A DNA stretch of 64,000 bases from positions 21,578,001-21,642,000 of the forward strand of contig NC_086097.1 in NCBI RefSeq assembly GCF_963921235.1. Reading direction: 5' to 3'. Positions 48,737 through 61,400 of this stretch are shown here, one piece after another. Origin of the DNA: Mobula hypostoma (lineage: Eukaryota). The notes under the pieces were generated by a model that was not told where the DNA came from, searched no databases, and saw only the letters and a program-made list of their open reading frames with translations. The position numbers were made by a program, and so were the translations under genes. Positions within the stretch are counted from its first letter, which is position 1, and every line of letters begins with the position of its first letter.

Positions 48737-49760
48737 TCAGAATCAGAATCAGCTTTATTATCACCGGCATGTGTTGTGCAATTTGTTAACTTAGCAGCAG
48801 CAGTTCAATGCAATACATAATATAGAAGAAGAAAAATATAATAAATAAGTAAATAATTTACAGTATGCATATATTGAATAGATTAAAATAGTGCAAAAAA
48901 CAGAAATAATTATATATTGAAAAAGTGTGGTAGTGTTCACAGGTTCGATGTTCATTTAGGAATCAGATGGCAGAGGGGAAGAAGGGAAGTGTGTGCCTTC
49001 AGGCTTCTGTACCTCCTACCTGATGGTAACAGTGAGAAAAGGGCATGTCCTGGATGCTGGAGGTCCTTAATAATGGACGTTGCCTTTCTGAGACACCGCT
49101 CCTAGAAGATGTCCTGGGTACTTTGTAGGCTCGTGCCCAAGATGGAGCTGACTAAATTTACAACCCTCTGCAGCTTCTTTCGGTCCTGTGCAGTAGCCCC
49201 TCCACACCAGACAGTGATACATCCTGTCAGAATGCTCTCCACAGTACATCTATAGAAGTTTTTGAGTGTATTTGTTGACATACCAAACCTCTTCAAACTT
49301 TTAATGAACTATAGTCGCTGTGTTACTTTTTTATAACTGCATCAATATGTTGGGACCAAGTTAGGTCCTCAGAGATCTTGACACCCAGGAACTTGAAACT
49401 GCTCAATCTCTCCACTTCTGATCTCTCTGTGAGGATTGGTATGTGTTCTTTCGTCTTATCCTTCCTGAGGTCCACAATCAGCTCTTCCGTCTTACTGACA
49501 TTGAGTGTAAGGTTGTTGCTGCGACACCACTCCACTAGTTGGTATATCTCACTCCTGTACGCCCCCTCGTCCCATCTGAGATTCTACCAACAATGGTTGT
49601 ATCATCAGCAAATTTATAGATGGTACTTGAGCTATGCCTAGCCACACAGTAATGGGTATAGAGAGTAGAGCAGTGAGCTAAGCACACACCCCTGAGGTGT
49701 ACCAGTGTTGATGCTCAATGAGGAGGATATGTTATCACCAATCCACACAGATTGTGGTCT
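48737..49760 (-). mobile_element. Rex1/Babar-type LINE RT 3' half
   Basis: KFADD region, WCRSNNLTLNVSKTEELIVD, FYRCTVESILTGCITVW. (ctgatt)n tail. Confidence 0.87.
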
Positions 49761-50629
49761 TCCATGGTTGGCACAGATTCAGTGGATTTAAGGACCCATT
49801 TCTGTTCTGTATCCCTCTGTAATTCTGTGAAGGAGAAACATGGCCTACTGCAATGTGTGATGAAAGGAAGGTGAAGTTAAGAGACTGCAAACAAAACTTT
49901 CATTCAATTTGATCACTTCTGATCTACATATTAATTTTACCTCCTTTCCTTACTTATGTAGCCCTTCGCATCTCTTAATCGAATAAAATTCCTAATTCCA
50001 AACTTCATAATTTCTATATTTAATCCTGTTTTTCCTTACAGCGCAGAGAAAGACCATTCAGACCATCGAGTATAATCTAGCTCTCAGAACATTGCCATTG
50101 CTTCCATTCCTCACTTGTCTTTCTGTAACTTGTTCTTCCTCACAGCCCCCACTCCTGTCTCTCACTTGCACTGGGGGAATTTATAGTGGACCCAATTAAT
50201 CGGTTAACATAGCCTATGGAAGTGGATGTGGGAGAAATATGAAACATCTGGTGAAGAAAACCCACACAGTCAGAGGAGTTTCATTGAACACTGAAAGTCT
50301 AGGCAGAGTGGACTTGGAGATGATGTTTCCTACAGCGGAGGAGTCCAGGACCAGAGGGAATTGCCTCAGAATACAAGGATGTCCCTTTAGAACAGAGATG
50401 TGGAGGAACATATTTAGGTGGTGAATTTGTGGAATTCATTACCACAGACAGCTGTGGAGGCCAAGTCATTGACTATATTTAAAGTGGAGGTTAATAGGTT
50501 CTTGGTAAGTAATGGTGTCACAGGGATAAGGCAGGGGAATTTATCTGTTTACAGTATGGAGTAGGCCCTTCTGGCCTTTCAAGCAATCCCTCAGTTTAAT
50601 TGCTAGCCTAATCTTGGGACAATTTACAA

Positions 50630-51166
50630 TAGGGTTGCCAACTGTCCCGTATTAGCCGGGACATCCCGTATATTGGGCTAAATTGATTTGTCCCATACGG
50701 GACCGCCCTTGTCCGGTATTTCCCCCGCTAAGGTAGTGTTCCTATGAAACCTTTCGTGCTGAAATGGCGTAAAGCAAAGAAGCAATTTCCATTAATTTAT
50801 ATGGGAAAAATTTTTGAGCATTCCCAGACCCAAAAAAATAACCTACCAAATCATACCAAATAACACATAAAACCTAAAATAACACTAACATATAGTAAAA
50901 GTGGGAATGATATGATAAATACACAGCCTATATAAAGTAGAAATAATGTATGTACAGTCGGGAAGATTAAGCCAAAACCGATTTGTAGAAAAAAATCGGC
51001 ACGTACACGCATGCGCACGTCATGTATGCGCATGCCACACATACGCACACAGGTGCCTGCACAAGGCTTCATGGTCATGGTAAACTTTCTCGGGGTAAAC
51101 ACAAGTGTCCTGTTTTTGACTGCTACTTTTGTCCCTTATTTGGGAGCGAGAAAGTTGCCAACCCTA
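50630..51166. mobile_element. Complete non-autonomous hAT element carrying a captured Tigger end
   Basis: TIR tagggttgccaac / gttgccaacccta. 8-bp TSD atttacaa (50622-50629) / acttacaa (51167-51174). Inserted in a V-SINE. ~50720-50958 is the reverse complement of the Tigger 3' region. Confidence 0.85.
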
Positions 51167-52704
51167 ACTTACAATGACCAATTAACCTACCAACCAGTAT
51201 GTCTTTGGACTGTGGGAGGAAACTGGAAGGAACCCATACAGCCACGGGGAGAACATACAAACTCCTTACAGACCGCGACAGGAATCGAACCCGGGTCGCC
51301 TGTACAAAGTGTTGTGCTAACCATTATGCTACCGTGCCGCTCCACGGTTGAAAGAGATAACAAATCAGCCATGGTATAATAGTGGAGCAGACTCGATGAG
51401 CTGAGTGACCTAATCCTGCTCTTACTGTAAATTCCATGCAGACAGCACCCAAGGGATAAGATCAAACCCAGCTCACTGGAGCTGTGAGCACGGCCTTCTA
51501 CCCTACCACTCACTAGGGCTGGTTGCAACTGTTTGAAACACAAAGTTGAGTGGAGCTGTGATTCCTGTATTCTGCTAATTTCCGTGTGTTGCTTATCTAT
51601 TGCTATGGTTAATAGTCTGAGAGTGGTGCGTATGATTAGATCATAAAAGCCTAACAGGCATCAATTGGAAGGCCAAATTAAATTCATAGTCATTGAACTG
51701 TGTCCTTGGATAGCAACAGCTAAGGTAATTGGGATTTAATACTGGCTATTCTGATTTAATTAATATATTGTTAGAAGCATAATCACTTACCTTTTTGATC
51801 TCTGTTAAATAAAGAGTTGCATTTTGTTACACAAGCGGTTTGCTTGCTCATATATATTCAAAACCTTGTTGTTATGCCAGCAATCAGTATTCATGATTAG
51901 CTTGAACTTCTGCATTATTTTGCAGATGTAGAGGCCAGTAAAGGGTCAAGTAGTGTTGTCTGTGTGTGCTGGACATCTGTGTGAATACCCCTTGCCATTT
52001 TTCTCTGATGAAGTGTCTTAGTCCAAGATGTATCCATCGATGCTACCTGACTTGCTGAGTTCCTCCAGCACTTTTTGTGTGCTACTCTGGATTTCCTGCA
52101 TCTGAAGAATCGTTCTTTTTGTATTTATTGCAATGTTATGGCTTTGTTATTGGGTTAGCAATCCAGGGGCCTGTGCCAGTCATCTTGTGAATACAGCTTC
52201 AAATCCTACCACAGGAGTTTGTGATTTTGAATTTGGGAACACAGACTGATGATACTCTCTGGCTTCGAGTCCATTCATTTCCATTGTAAGCATTGACTAA
52301 CGCTGTCCTCGCTTATCCGTGGCTCCATTTCTTCATCCATCCTTTGCTGCCTGGAGCTCCCACCATGCACCTCTCACAAAAAATACAGAGTTCACATAAC
52401 TTCAGGCTGGAGTTCAGGCCTGTCCAGGCTGGAGCTCCGTCCATGCACCCCCCCCCCCCCAAAATAAAACTGGAGTTTATTTGAAACTCTTCCGTTGTAT
52501 TTGTCATAACCTATGGTTGTTGACATTTTTTGGCCTCACTGTTTCCAACCATATCCCCAGTCCCCTGTCATCCAGTTCAGTCCCATTTCCCCTCTTGGTG
52601 CCTTTCACTCCCACACGCGACCTACTGCATCTCGTATCCACATCCCCGGTTGGCTTCATCGGCATCTCATCCCTCCTTTATTTGGTTCCTCATATCATCT
52701 TCCA

Positions 52705-53065
52705 TTCTGTGGTGGGTGAAGGTATGTCTCTACCAAAGGTGCTGTAAGGATCCCCTTCCCTCCACTAGCCTGCAGATCACCCTTGGGCCAAGTGTAGCAT
52801 CTGTTTAGCCCCCTGATCAGGGTCACGTGAAACCACAGGAGCTGGTAGTGGATGGTTGTATGAGCAGCTGGTGCCCTGCTTATGTGACCACTGACACCAG
52901 GCCGACAACCTCTGAAGATTATTGATAATGGCTGGGGTCTTCTGTCTTGTAAAGACACTGTCAAGAAGAAGGCAATGGCAAACCACTTCTGTAGGAAATT
53001 TGCCATGAACAATCATGGTCATGGATAGACCATGTCATACAACAGATCATGATGACAATGATGAT
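52705..53065 (+). mobile_element. RTE-tailed SINE-like element
   Basis: gaaggcaatggcaaaccacttc motif and (gat)n tail. Confidence 0.6.
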
Positions 53066-53099
53066 TACCTTTCTTATTTATCAGAGTGTAAGATTGGTA

Positions 53100-54895
53100 G
53101 ACTCTTGTGTCTCCACTTAATATCTTCTTCTATCTTTCCCTCCCCCATCTGCTGTTTGTTTTTATTTATTTGTCCCAGCTATCACCCACCAGCCACTTTG
53201 TCCCCACTCCACATCCCCCCCCCCCCGCTTCCTGGTTCCATCTGGCCATCAACTGGTTCCACCTATCACCTTCCAGACCCTGCCTTATCCTTCACTCTTC
53301 ACACTTTATACTGATTATCTCCCCTCTACACTCTTGGTCCTGATGCAGGCTCTTGGCCAGAAACATTGCCCACTCCCCTGCCTCCGCAGATACTGGCTGA
53401 CTCGTTGAGTTCACCCAGCAGTTTGGTTGTTGCGCCAGTTTACAGCTCTACAGTCTCTTGTGTCTACAGCGAACTATCAGTTTTCATTCAAAGTGACAAC
53501 AAGACAACTTCAAAAGGACTTGAATGAAATTCAAAATGATGCAAATGCAGGAAATCTGAAATATATGCAGAAAATACCAGAAATGCTCAATAAGTCAGGC
53601 AGCATCTGTGGAGACAGAACAGAGTTAACATTACAGGTGTTCCCGCTGCTATCTGTAAGGAGTTTTACGTTCTCCCTGTGACTGTGTAGGTTTGCTTAAG
53701 ATAGTTTAATGCCATTTCCAGTATGCACATTTAAAGAAGATGAAATAATTGTTAATCCAGATCCAATGCAGCATGAAAAGAAACACAATAAGGCAAAGAA
53801 CACAATAATAATAAAAAAACAAAATAAATATAACTACATAAGGTAGTTTATATACATAAATAGTAGGTGCTCCTGTTTCTTCCCACTTTCCAAAGACATA
53901 CAGGTGAGTAGGTTAGTTAGTCACAAAGGTATAATTTGTTTGCACGGGCTCACTGGGGCAGAAGGGCCTGTCACTGTGATGTGGGAAGAAAAGCAAATAG
54001 ATGAAAGTCAGTTGTCGGAACTGGAGAAGGGGGAAACCGAATAGGCTGTAGGTTGCAAAGAGGGTGGGCCAAGGGAGTATATGTGATGAAGTGAGCCCAA
54101 GGTTGCTGTGGAGATAAGATGGCCACCTGAGTAATGGATAAATGGTGGCAGTGAGAGAGGAGCAAAGGAACGAAAAAGCTGTAAGAAGAGGGAAATGAGA
54201 GAGAGGAAGAACACAAACAAAGGAATTGAAAAGGTAATGCACACACATACAAAATGCTGGAGGAACTCAGCAGGTCAGGCAGCATCAATGAAGAGGAATA
54301 AAGAGTCGATGTTTCGGGCTGAGAACCTTCATCAGGACTCAAAGCACTCCAGACCTTAGAGTTCCAGTCAAATAAGTTAACCGTTGTAGAAATACAGTAA
54401 AAACATGTTTCCAACAATAACAATGTCTTACATGCCTTCAGTGTACTGATATAAAGGTGTAAAGTTAACACGGCCTGACCTGCTGGGCATGTCCACAAGC
54501 CTGAGTGTTACAATTGTTTTAGAGCTTCTGTGTTCCTTTACCCAGTTTCTCTCTTGCTGACTATTCCCTTTTACCAGATGGCCTTGCTTGCAGATTGCCA
54601 CAGGGCCTAACCCTATACCAGATCTCCCCTTTGCCCTCTCTCCCCCAACTTCTCTATACTTTATACCGATTATTTTCTCTCTTTCCCAGTTCTGATGAAA
54701 GCTCACCGACATAAAACATTGATGCCACTTCTCTTTCAGCAGCTTAAGGAGTATCTGTAAAACCACAAGAGGTTCTGCAGTTGCTGGAAAATGTTGAACA
54801 ACATACACTAAATCCCAGAGGAACTCAGCAGGCTAGGCAGCAGCAATGGAGGAAAATGAGTAGTCAGCATTTTGAGCAGAGATACTTTATCAGTT
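53100..54895. mobile_element. Cluster of decayed PLE 3'-terminal fragments in alternating orientation
   Basis: Repeated aaatgctggaggaactcagcagg..cagcatc motif and degenerate ctgatga..gaaa cores (~53340, 54303-54340, ~54692). Similar fragments at ~2580-2720, 25375-25500, 47985-48090, 52000-52110 and 57540-57650. Confidence 0.65.
54303..54340 (-). ncRNA. Hammerhead motif copy (PLE family 1)
   Basis: gagtc CTGATGA aggttctcagccc GAAA ca TC gactc. Perfect 5-bp stem I, weakened stems II and III. Confidence 0.55.
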
Positions 54896-55147
54896 CAACT
54901 TCGAGTTCAAGTTCAAGTTCAATGATCGTTCAACAATACATGAATATAACCAAATGCAGCAGTGTTCTTCTGGGGCCAAGGTCCAAAACACATTACCAAC
55001 AACACCCAGCATTCTGCACATAACACGTAGCACAAATAGCACATATGGTTACGATTTCAGAAAACATACAGTCACAAAGGAGAGAAAAAAAATATATCCC
55101 AAGGTCCTTGAGTGGCATGACTGTAAATTGATGGTAAGTTGTTCTTC

Positions 55148-57392
55148 CACCAAGTGAACACCAGAGACATCACCCAGCAAACACCAGAGACATCACCGAG
55201 CGAACACCAGAGACATCACTGAGCAAACACCAGAGACATCACTGAGCGAACACCAGAGACATCACCAAGCGAACACCAGAGACATCACTGAGCGAACACC
55301 AGAGACATCACCAAGCGAACACCAGAGACATCACCAAGCAAACACCAGAGACATCACCAAGCAAACACCAGAGACATTACCAAGCAAACACCAGAGACAT
55401 CACCGAGCAAACACCAGAGACATCACCAGGCGAACACCAGAAACATCACCGAGCAAACACCAGAGACATCACCGAGCAAACACCAGAGACATCACTGAGT
55501 GAACACCAGAGACATCACCGAGCGAACACCAGAGACATCACCGAGCGAACACCAGAGACATCACTGAGTGAACACCAGAGACATCACCGAGCAAACACCA
55601 GAGACATCACCAAGCAAACACCAGAGACATCACTGAGTGAACACCAGAGACATCACCGAGCGAACACCAGAGACATCACTGAGTGAACACCAGAGACATT
55701 ACCAAGCAAACACCAGAGACATTACCAAGCAAACACCAGAGACATTACCAAGCAAACACCAGAGACATCACTGAGTGAACACCAGAGACATCACCGAGCG
55801 AACACCAGAGACATCACCCAGCAAACACCAGAGACATCACCAAGCAAACACCAGAGACATCACCAAGCAAACACCAGAGACATCACCAGGCGAACACCAG
55901 AAACATCACCGAGCAAACACCAGAGACATCACCGAGCGAACACCAGAGACATCACTGAGTGAACACCAGAGACATCACCAAGCGAACACCAGAGACATCA
56001 CTGAGTGAACACCAGAGACATCACCAAGCGAACACCAGAGACATCACCGAGCAAACACCAGAGACATCACTGAGTGAACACCAGAGACATCACCAAGCAA
56101 ACACCAGAGACATCACCAAGCAAACACCAGAGACATCACTGAGTGAACACCAGAGACATCACCGAGCGAACACCAGAGACATCACCCAGCAAACACCAGA
56201 GACATCACCAAGCAAACACCAGAGACATCACCGAGCAAACACCAGAGACATCACTGAGCAAACACCAGAGACATCACTGAGCGAACACCAGAGACATCAC
56301 CGAGCAAACACCAGAGACATTACCCAGCAAACACCAGAGACATCACCGAGCAAACACCAGAGACATCACCAAGCAAACACCAGAGACATCACCGAGCGAA
56401 CACCAGAGACATCACCGAGCGAACACCAGAGACATCACCGAGCGAACACCAGAGACATCACCGAGCAAACACCAGAGACATCACCGAGCAAACACCAGAG
56501 ACATCACCAAGCAAACACCAGAGACATCACCGAGCAAACACCAGAGACATTACTGAGCAAACACCAGAGACATCACTGAGCGAACACCAGAGACATCACC
56601 AAGCAAACACCAGAGACATCACCCAGCAAACACCAGAGACATCACTGAGTGAACACCAGAGACATCACCGAGCGAACACCAGAGACATCACCGAGCAAAC
56701 ACCAGAGACATCACTGAGCGAACACCAGAGACATCACCCAGCAAACACCAGAGACATCACTGAGCAAACACCAGAGACATCACCGAGCAAACACCAGAGA
56801 CATCACCTAGCAAACACCAGAGACATCACCGAGCAAACACCAGAGACATTACCGAGCAAACACCAGAGACATCACTGAGCGAACACCAGAGACATCACCG
56901 AGCAAACACCAGAGACATCACTGAGCGAACACCAGAGACATCACCGAGCAAACACCAGAGACATCACTGAGCAAACACCAGAGACATCACTGAGCGAACA
57001 CCAGAGACATCACCGAGCGAACACCAGAGACATCACTGAGCGAACACCAGAGACATCACCGAGCAAACACCAGAGACATCACTGAGCGAACACCAGAGAC
57101 ATCACCGAGCAAACACCAGAGACATCACTGAGCAAACACCAGAGACATCACTGAGCGAACACCAGAGACATCACCGAGCGAACACCAGAGACATCACTGA
57201 GCGAACACCAGAGACATCACCGAGCAAACACCAGAGACATCACTGAGCAAACACCAGAGACATCACCAAGCAAACACCAGAGACATCACCAAGCAAACAC
57301 CAGAGACATCACTGAGCGAACACCAGAGACATCACCAAGCAAACACCAGAGACATCACCAGGCGAACATCAGAGACATCACTGAGTCAACAC
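55148..57392 (+). repeat. 23-bp minisatellite, ~97 units, consensus aacaccagagacatcacYRagYR
   Basis: First aacacc at 55157 and last aacact at 57388 are exactly 97 x 23 apart. ORFs 55775-56008 and 55959-56579 are translations of the repeat. Confidence 0.97.
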
Positions 57393-57929
57393 TGGAGGGC
57401 AGCGTTGACGGGCCTCCAGGGACAAAGTTTCAGTCCTGACCTCTGACACAACTCATGTGGAAGTTTGCAACTTCTCCCTGTGACCACGTGGATTTCTTCG
57501 AACATCCCAAAGGCATTGTAGTTGGCAGGTTAATTTTCAAAGAGTCCCGATGAAGGGTTTCAGCCTGAAATGTTGACTGTTCATTTCTGTCCAAAAGTGC
57601 TGCCTGACCTGCAGAGTTCCTCCAGCATTTTTGGTGTATTGAATCTGTGGAACTGTTGCAGAAAGTAGTTCAAAGTTCAATGTACATTCATTGTTAAAGT
57701 ATGTATATGTCACCGTATGGTACCTTGAGTTTCTTTTTCCTGTAGCCATTCACAGTGGGACAAGGTACTACAACAGAGTTTATAAAAATCATGCAGAACA
57801 AAGCCTGACAAAGAGCCAAAGTGCAAAAGAGGACACTAATAAATTAAAATAAATATTATTGAGAACATGAGGTGTAGATTCCTTGAAAGTGAGTCAATAG
57901 GTTTACAGCACAGTATCAGGGCCTTCTGA

Positions 57930-58160
57930 TCTGTCATCGTCAGGTTGAGCTTTGACTGCCGTGGCCCACACACTCCTCTTTCGGGTCAAGTGGATCAGTT
58001 CATTGGTATTCATTTCCAGTTCTCTGGCTGCTGTTTCCATCATCATTTGTCTTTGCTGTCCTCTTGCTCTCTTCCCTTCAATCGTTTCCATAATTACCGT
58101 GCATTCTAACTCCTCTTTCCTAATCACATGTCCAAGGAAGTTACATTGCCTTTTCATGAT
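57930..58160 (-). mobile_element. RTE LINE 3' end
   Basis: KRQCNFLGHVIRKEELE..IEGKRARG..RSVW and a (gat)-type tail. Confidence 0.8.
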
Positions 58161-58451
58161 ATATATGCTGCCTAATTACACCCTTGTGACCAATTAATCT
58201 ACTAACCCGTACATCTTTGTAACGTGGGAAGAAATCAGAGAACCTGGAAGAAACCCATGTGGTCACGGGGAGAATCATAACCATATGTGCGACCTTACAG
58301 GCAGCGGCAGGAATTGAACCTGGGTCACTGGCTCTGTAATAATGCCATGCTATGTTGTCACCCCAGAATTGGGCTCACTGAGGATTTAAACCCACAACCT
58401 AAACAAGAATCATATCCCTAGATCAACAAGTCAGCTGCAATTTGTGGAAGA

Positions 58452-61400
58452 CACTAGACACTAGAACACTACAGCACAGTACAGACCCTTCGGCCCTTGA
58501 TGTTGTGCTGACCCATATATTCCTTAAAAAAAGTACTAAACCCACACTACCCCGTAACCCTCTATTTTTCTTTCATCCATGTGCCTGTCCAAGAGGCTCT
58601 TAAATATCGCTAATGTTTTAGCCTCCACCACCATCCCTGGCAAGTCATTTTAGGCACCCACAACCCTCTGTCTAAAAAAATTACCCCTGATGCCTACCCT
58701 AAACTTCCCTCCCTTAACTTTGTACATATGCTCTCTGGTGTTTGCTATTCGTGCCCTGGGAAACAGGTACTGACTATCCACGCTATCTATGCCTCTTATA
58801 ATCTTGTAGACCTCTATCAAGTCCCCTCTCATCCTTCTACACTCCAAAGAGAAAAGTCCCATCTCTGCTAACCTTGCCTCATAAGACTTGTTTTCTAATC
58901 CAGGCAACATCCTGGTAAATCTCCTCTGCACCCTCTCCATAGCTTCCACATCCTTCCTGTAATGAGGTGACCAGAACTGAACACTCTTCTGGTCTCACCA
59001 GAGATTTGTAAAGTTGCAACATGAACTCTCTACACTTGAACTCAATCCCCCTATTAGTGAAGCCTAGCATCCCATTGGCCTTCTTAACTATCCTATCAAC
59101 CTGTGCAGTGACCTTGAGGGATGTATGGATTTGAACCCCAAGGTCCCTCTGTTCATCCACACTCTTAAGTAACTGACCATTAACCCTGTACTCAGCCTTC
59201 TGGTTTGTCCTTCCAAAATGCATCACCTCACACTTACCCGGATTGAACTCCATCTGCCACTTTTCTGCCCAACTCTGCATCCTGTCTATATCCTCTTGTA
59301 ACCTTCGACAACCTACAACTCCATCCACAACTCCTCCAATCTTCGTGTCATCCACAAACTTACTCACCCATCCTTCCACCTCTTCATCCAGGTCATTTAT
59401 AAAAATCACAAAGAGCAGGGGACCCAGGACAGATCCTTGCTGCACTCCACTAGTCACCGACCTCCAGGCAGAACACTTTCCTTCCACTACTACCCTCTGC
59501 TTTCTTCCTGTAAGCCAATTTTTTATCCAAACAGCCAAGGTTCCACTGATCCCATGCCTCATGACTTTTTGGATGAGTCTCTCATAGGGGACCTTGTCAA
59601 GTGCCTTGCTAAAATCCATGTAGACCACATCTACCGCCCTACCCTCGTCAATTTCTTTTGTTACCTCTTCAAAAAACTCAATTGGGCTCATGAGGCATGA
59701 CCTTCCCTTCACAAAGCCATGTTGACTATCCTTGAGTGGACTGTACTTCTCCAAATGCTCGTAGACCCTATCCCTAAGAATCCTTTCCAATAGTTTGCAG
59801 ACCACCGAGGTAAGACTCACTGGACTATAGTTCCCAGGATTCTCCCTATTACCTTTTTTAAAGAAGGGAACTACATTTGCCAATCTCCAACCTCCGGCAC
59901 CTCCCCTGCAGCCAAAGAGGATTCAAAGATCATAGCTACTGCTCCAGCGATCTCTTCTCTCACTTCCCACAGCAACCTGGGGTATATCATATCCGGCCCT
60001 GGGGACTTATCAATCCTGATGTTTTTAAGAAGATCCAACACTTCTTCCTTAATCCCTACATTGTCCAGCACACAGGCCTGTTCTATTTTGACCTCACCCT
60101 GATCAAGGTCCTTTTCACTTCTGAATACTGAAGCAAAGTATTCATTTAGGACCTCCCCAACCTCCTCTGCCTCCAGGCACATGTTGCCTTCTTTATCCTT
60201 TAGTGGTCCCACCTTCATTCTTGTCCTCCTTCTGTCCTTCACATACGCATAGAACGCCTTGGGGTTCTCCTTAATCCTACATGCCAAGGCCTTCTCATGC
60301 CCCCTTTGAGCTCTCCTAAGTCCTTTCTTAAGCTCCTTACAGTTCTCATGAGCCCCTCCTGCTTCCTGCTTCTTATATCTAACATATGCTTCCTTCTTCC
60401 TCTGACAATTTGCCTCACGTGTTTCATCAGCTGCTGTTCCCTTTTCCTACCATTTTTTCTTTGTCTCAGTGGGACAAACCTAGCCTGAACCCAGTACAAG
60501 TGGTCCCTAAACTTCCTCTATATTACTTCTGTGCCTTGAACATGTTTCCAATTTACTCTCGCTAGTTCCTGCCTCACAGTTAGCCCTTCCCCAGTTAAGC
60601 ACTTTCCCATTCTGAATGGTTTTTATCCTTTTCCATAGCTATGCTGAAGCTAAGGGAGTTGTGGTCACTCTCACCAAAATGCTCCCCCACCAAGAGGTCT
60701 GCCACCTGACCAGGCTCATTACCCAGAACTAGATCCAGTATGGCCTCTCCTCTGGTCGGCCGGTCCACATACTGTGTCAGGAATCCTTCTTGAGCACACC
60801 TGACAAATTCAGCCCCATCTATCCCCCTTGCAGTCAGGAGGTGCTAGTCAATATGAGGGAAGTTGAAATTGCCCATAACTACACTGTATTTCCTGCACCA
60901 TTCTAAAATTTGCCTGCTTATCTGCTCCTCGGTGTCCTGAGGGCTATTTGGGTGCCTATAGACTACTCCCAGCACAGTGATTGATCCCTTCCTATTTCTG
61001 ACTTCCACCCACACCGACTCAGTGGACACTCCCTCTGCAGCGTCCTCCCTTTCTATAGCCGCGATACTATCCCTGACCAGTAATGCTACTCCCCCCACCC
61101 TTTCCTACCTCCCATCCTATACCTTTTAAAACACCTAAACTCCGGTACCTGCATCAGCCAATCCTACCATCCCTCCAGCCAAGTTTCAGTAATGGCCACA
61201 ACATTGTAGTTCCATGTACTGATCCATGCTCTAAGTTCATCCCCTTTATTCCTAATACTCCTAGCGCGGAAATAGACATATTTCAACCCTTCTAACTGGC
61301 TACATTCATATCTTGTCCCCTGCCTGTCCGTCCTCACCAACTCAGAACACATAGCATCATGCCCTTGTCCTTCTATCCTAATCTCTGCATTCACATTCTG

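Noticed and set aside
55148..57392. CRISPR-like array, or repetitive protein ORFs (55775-56008, 55959-56579)
   Set aside because: The variable part is only 6 nt drawn from a few related variants, with no unique spacers or cas genes, in a vertebrate context. The ORFs are incidental translations of a T-poor repeat.
58879..59883. 334-aa RT ORF as an active retrotransposon or retron-like system
   Set aside because: A fragment of a frameshifted CR1 ORF2, with surrounding domains broken.
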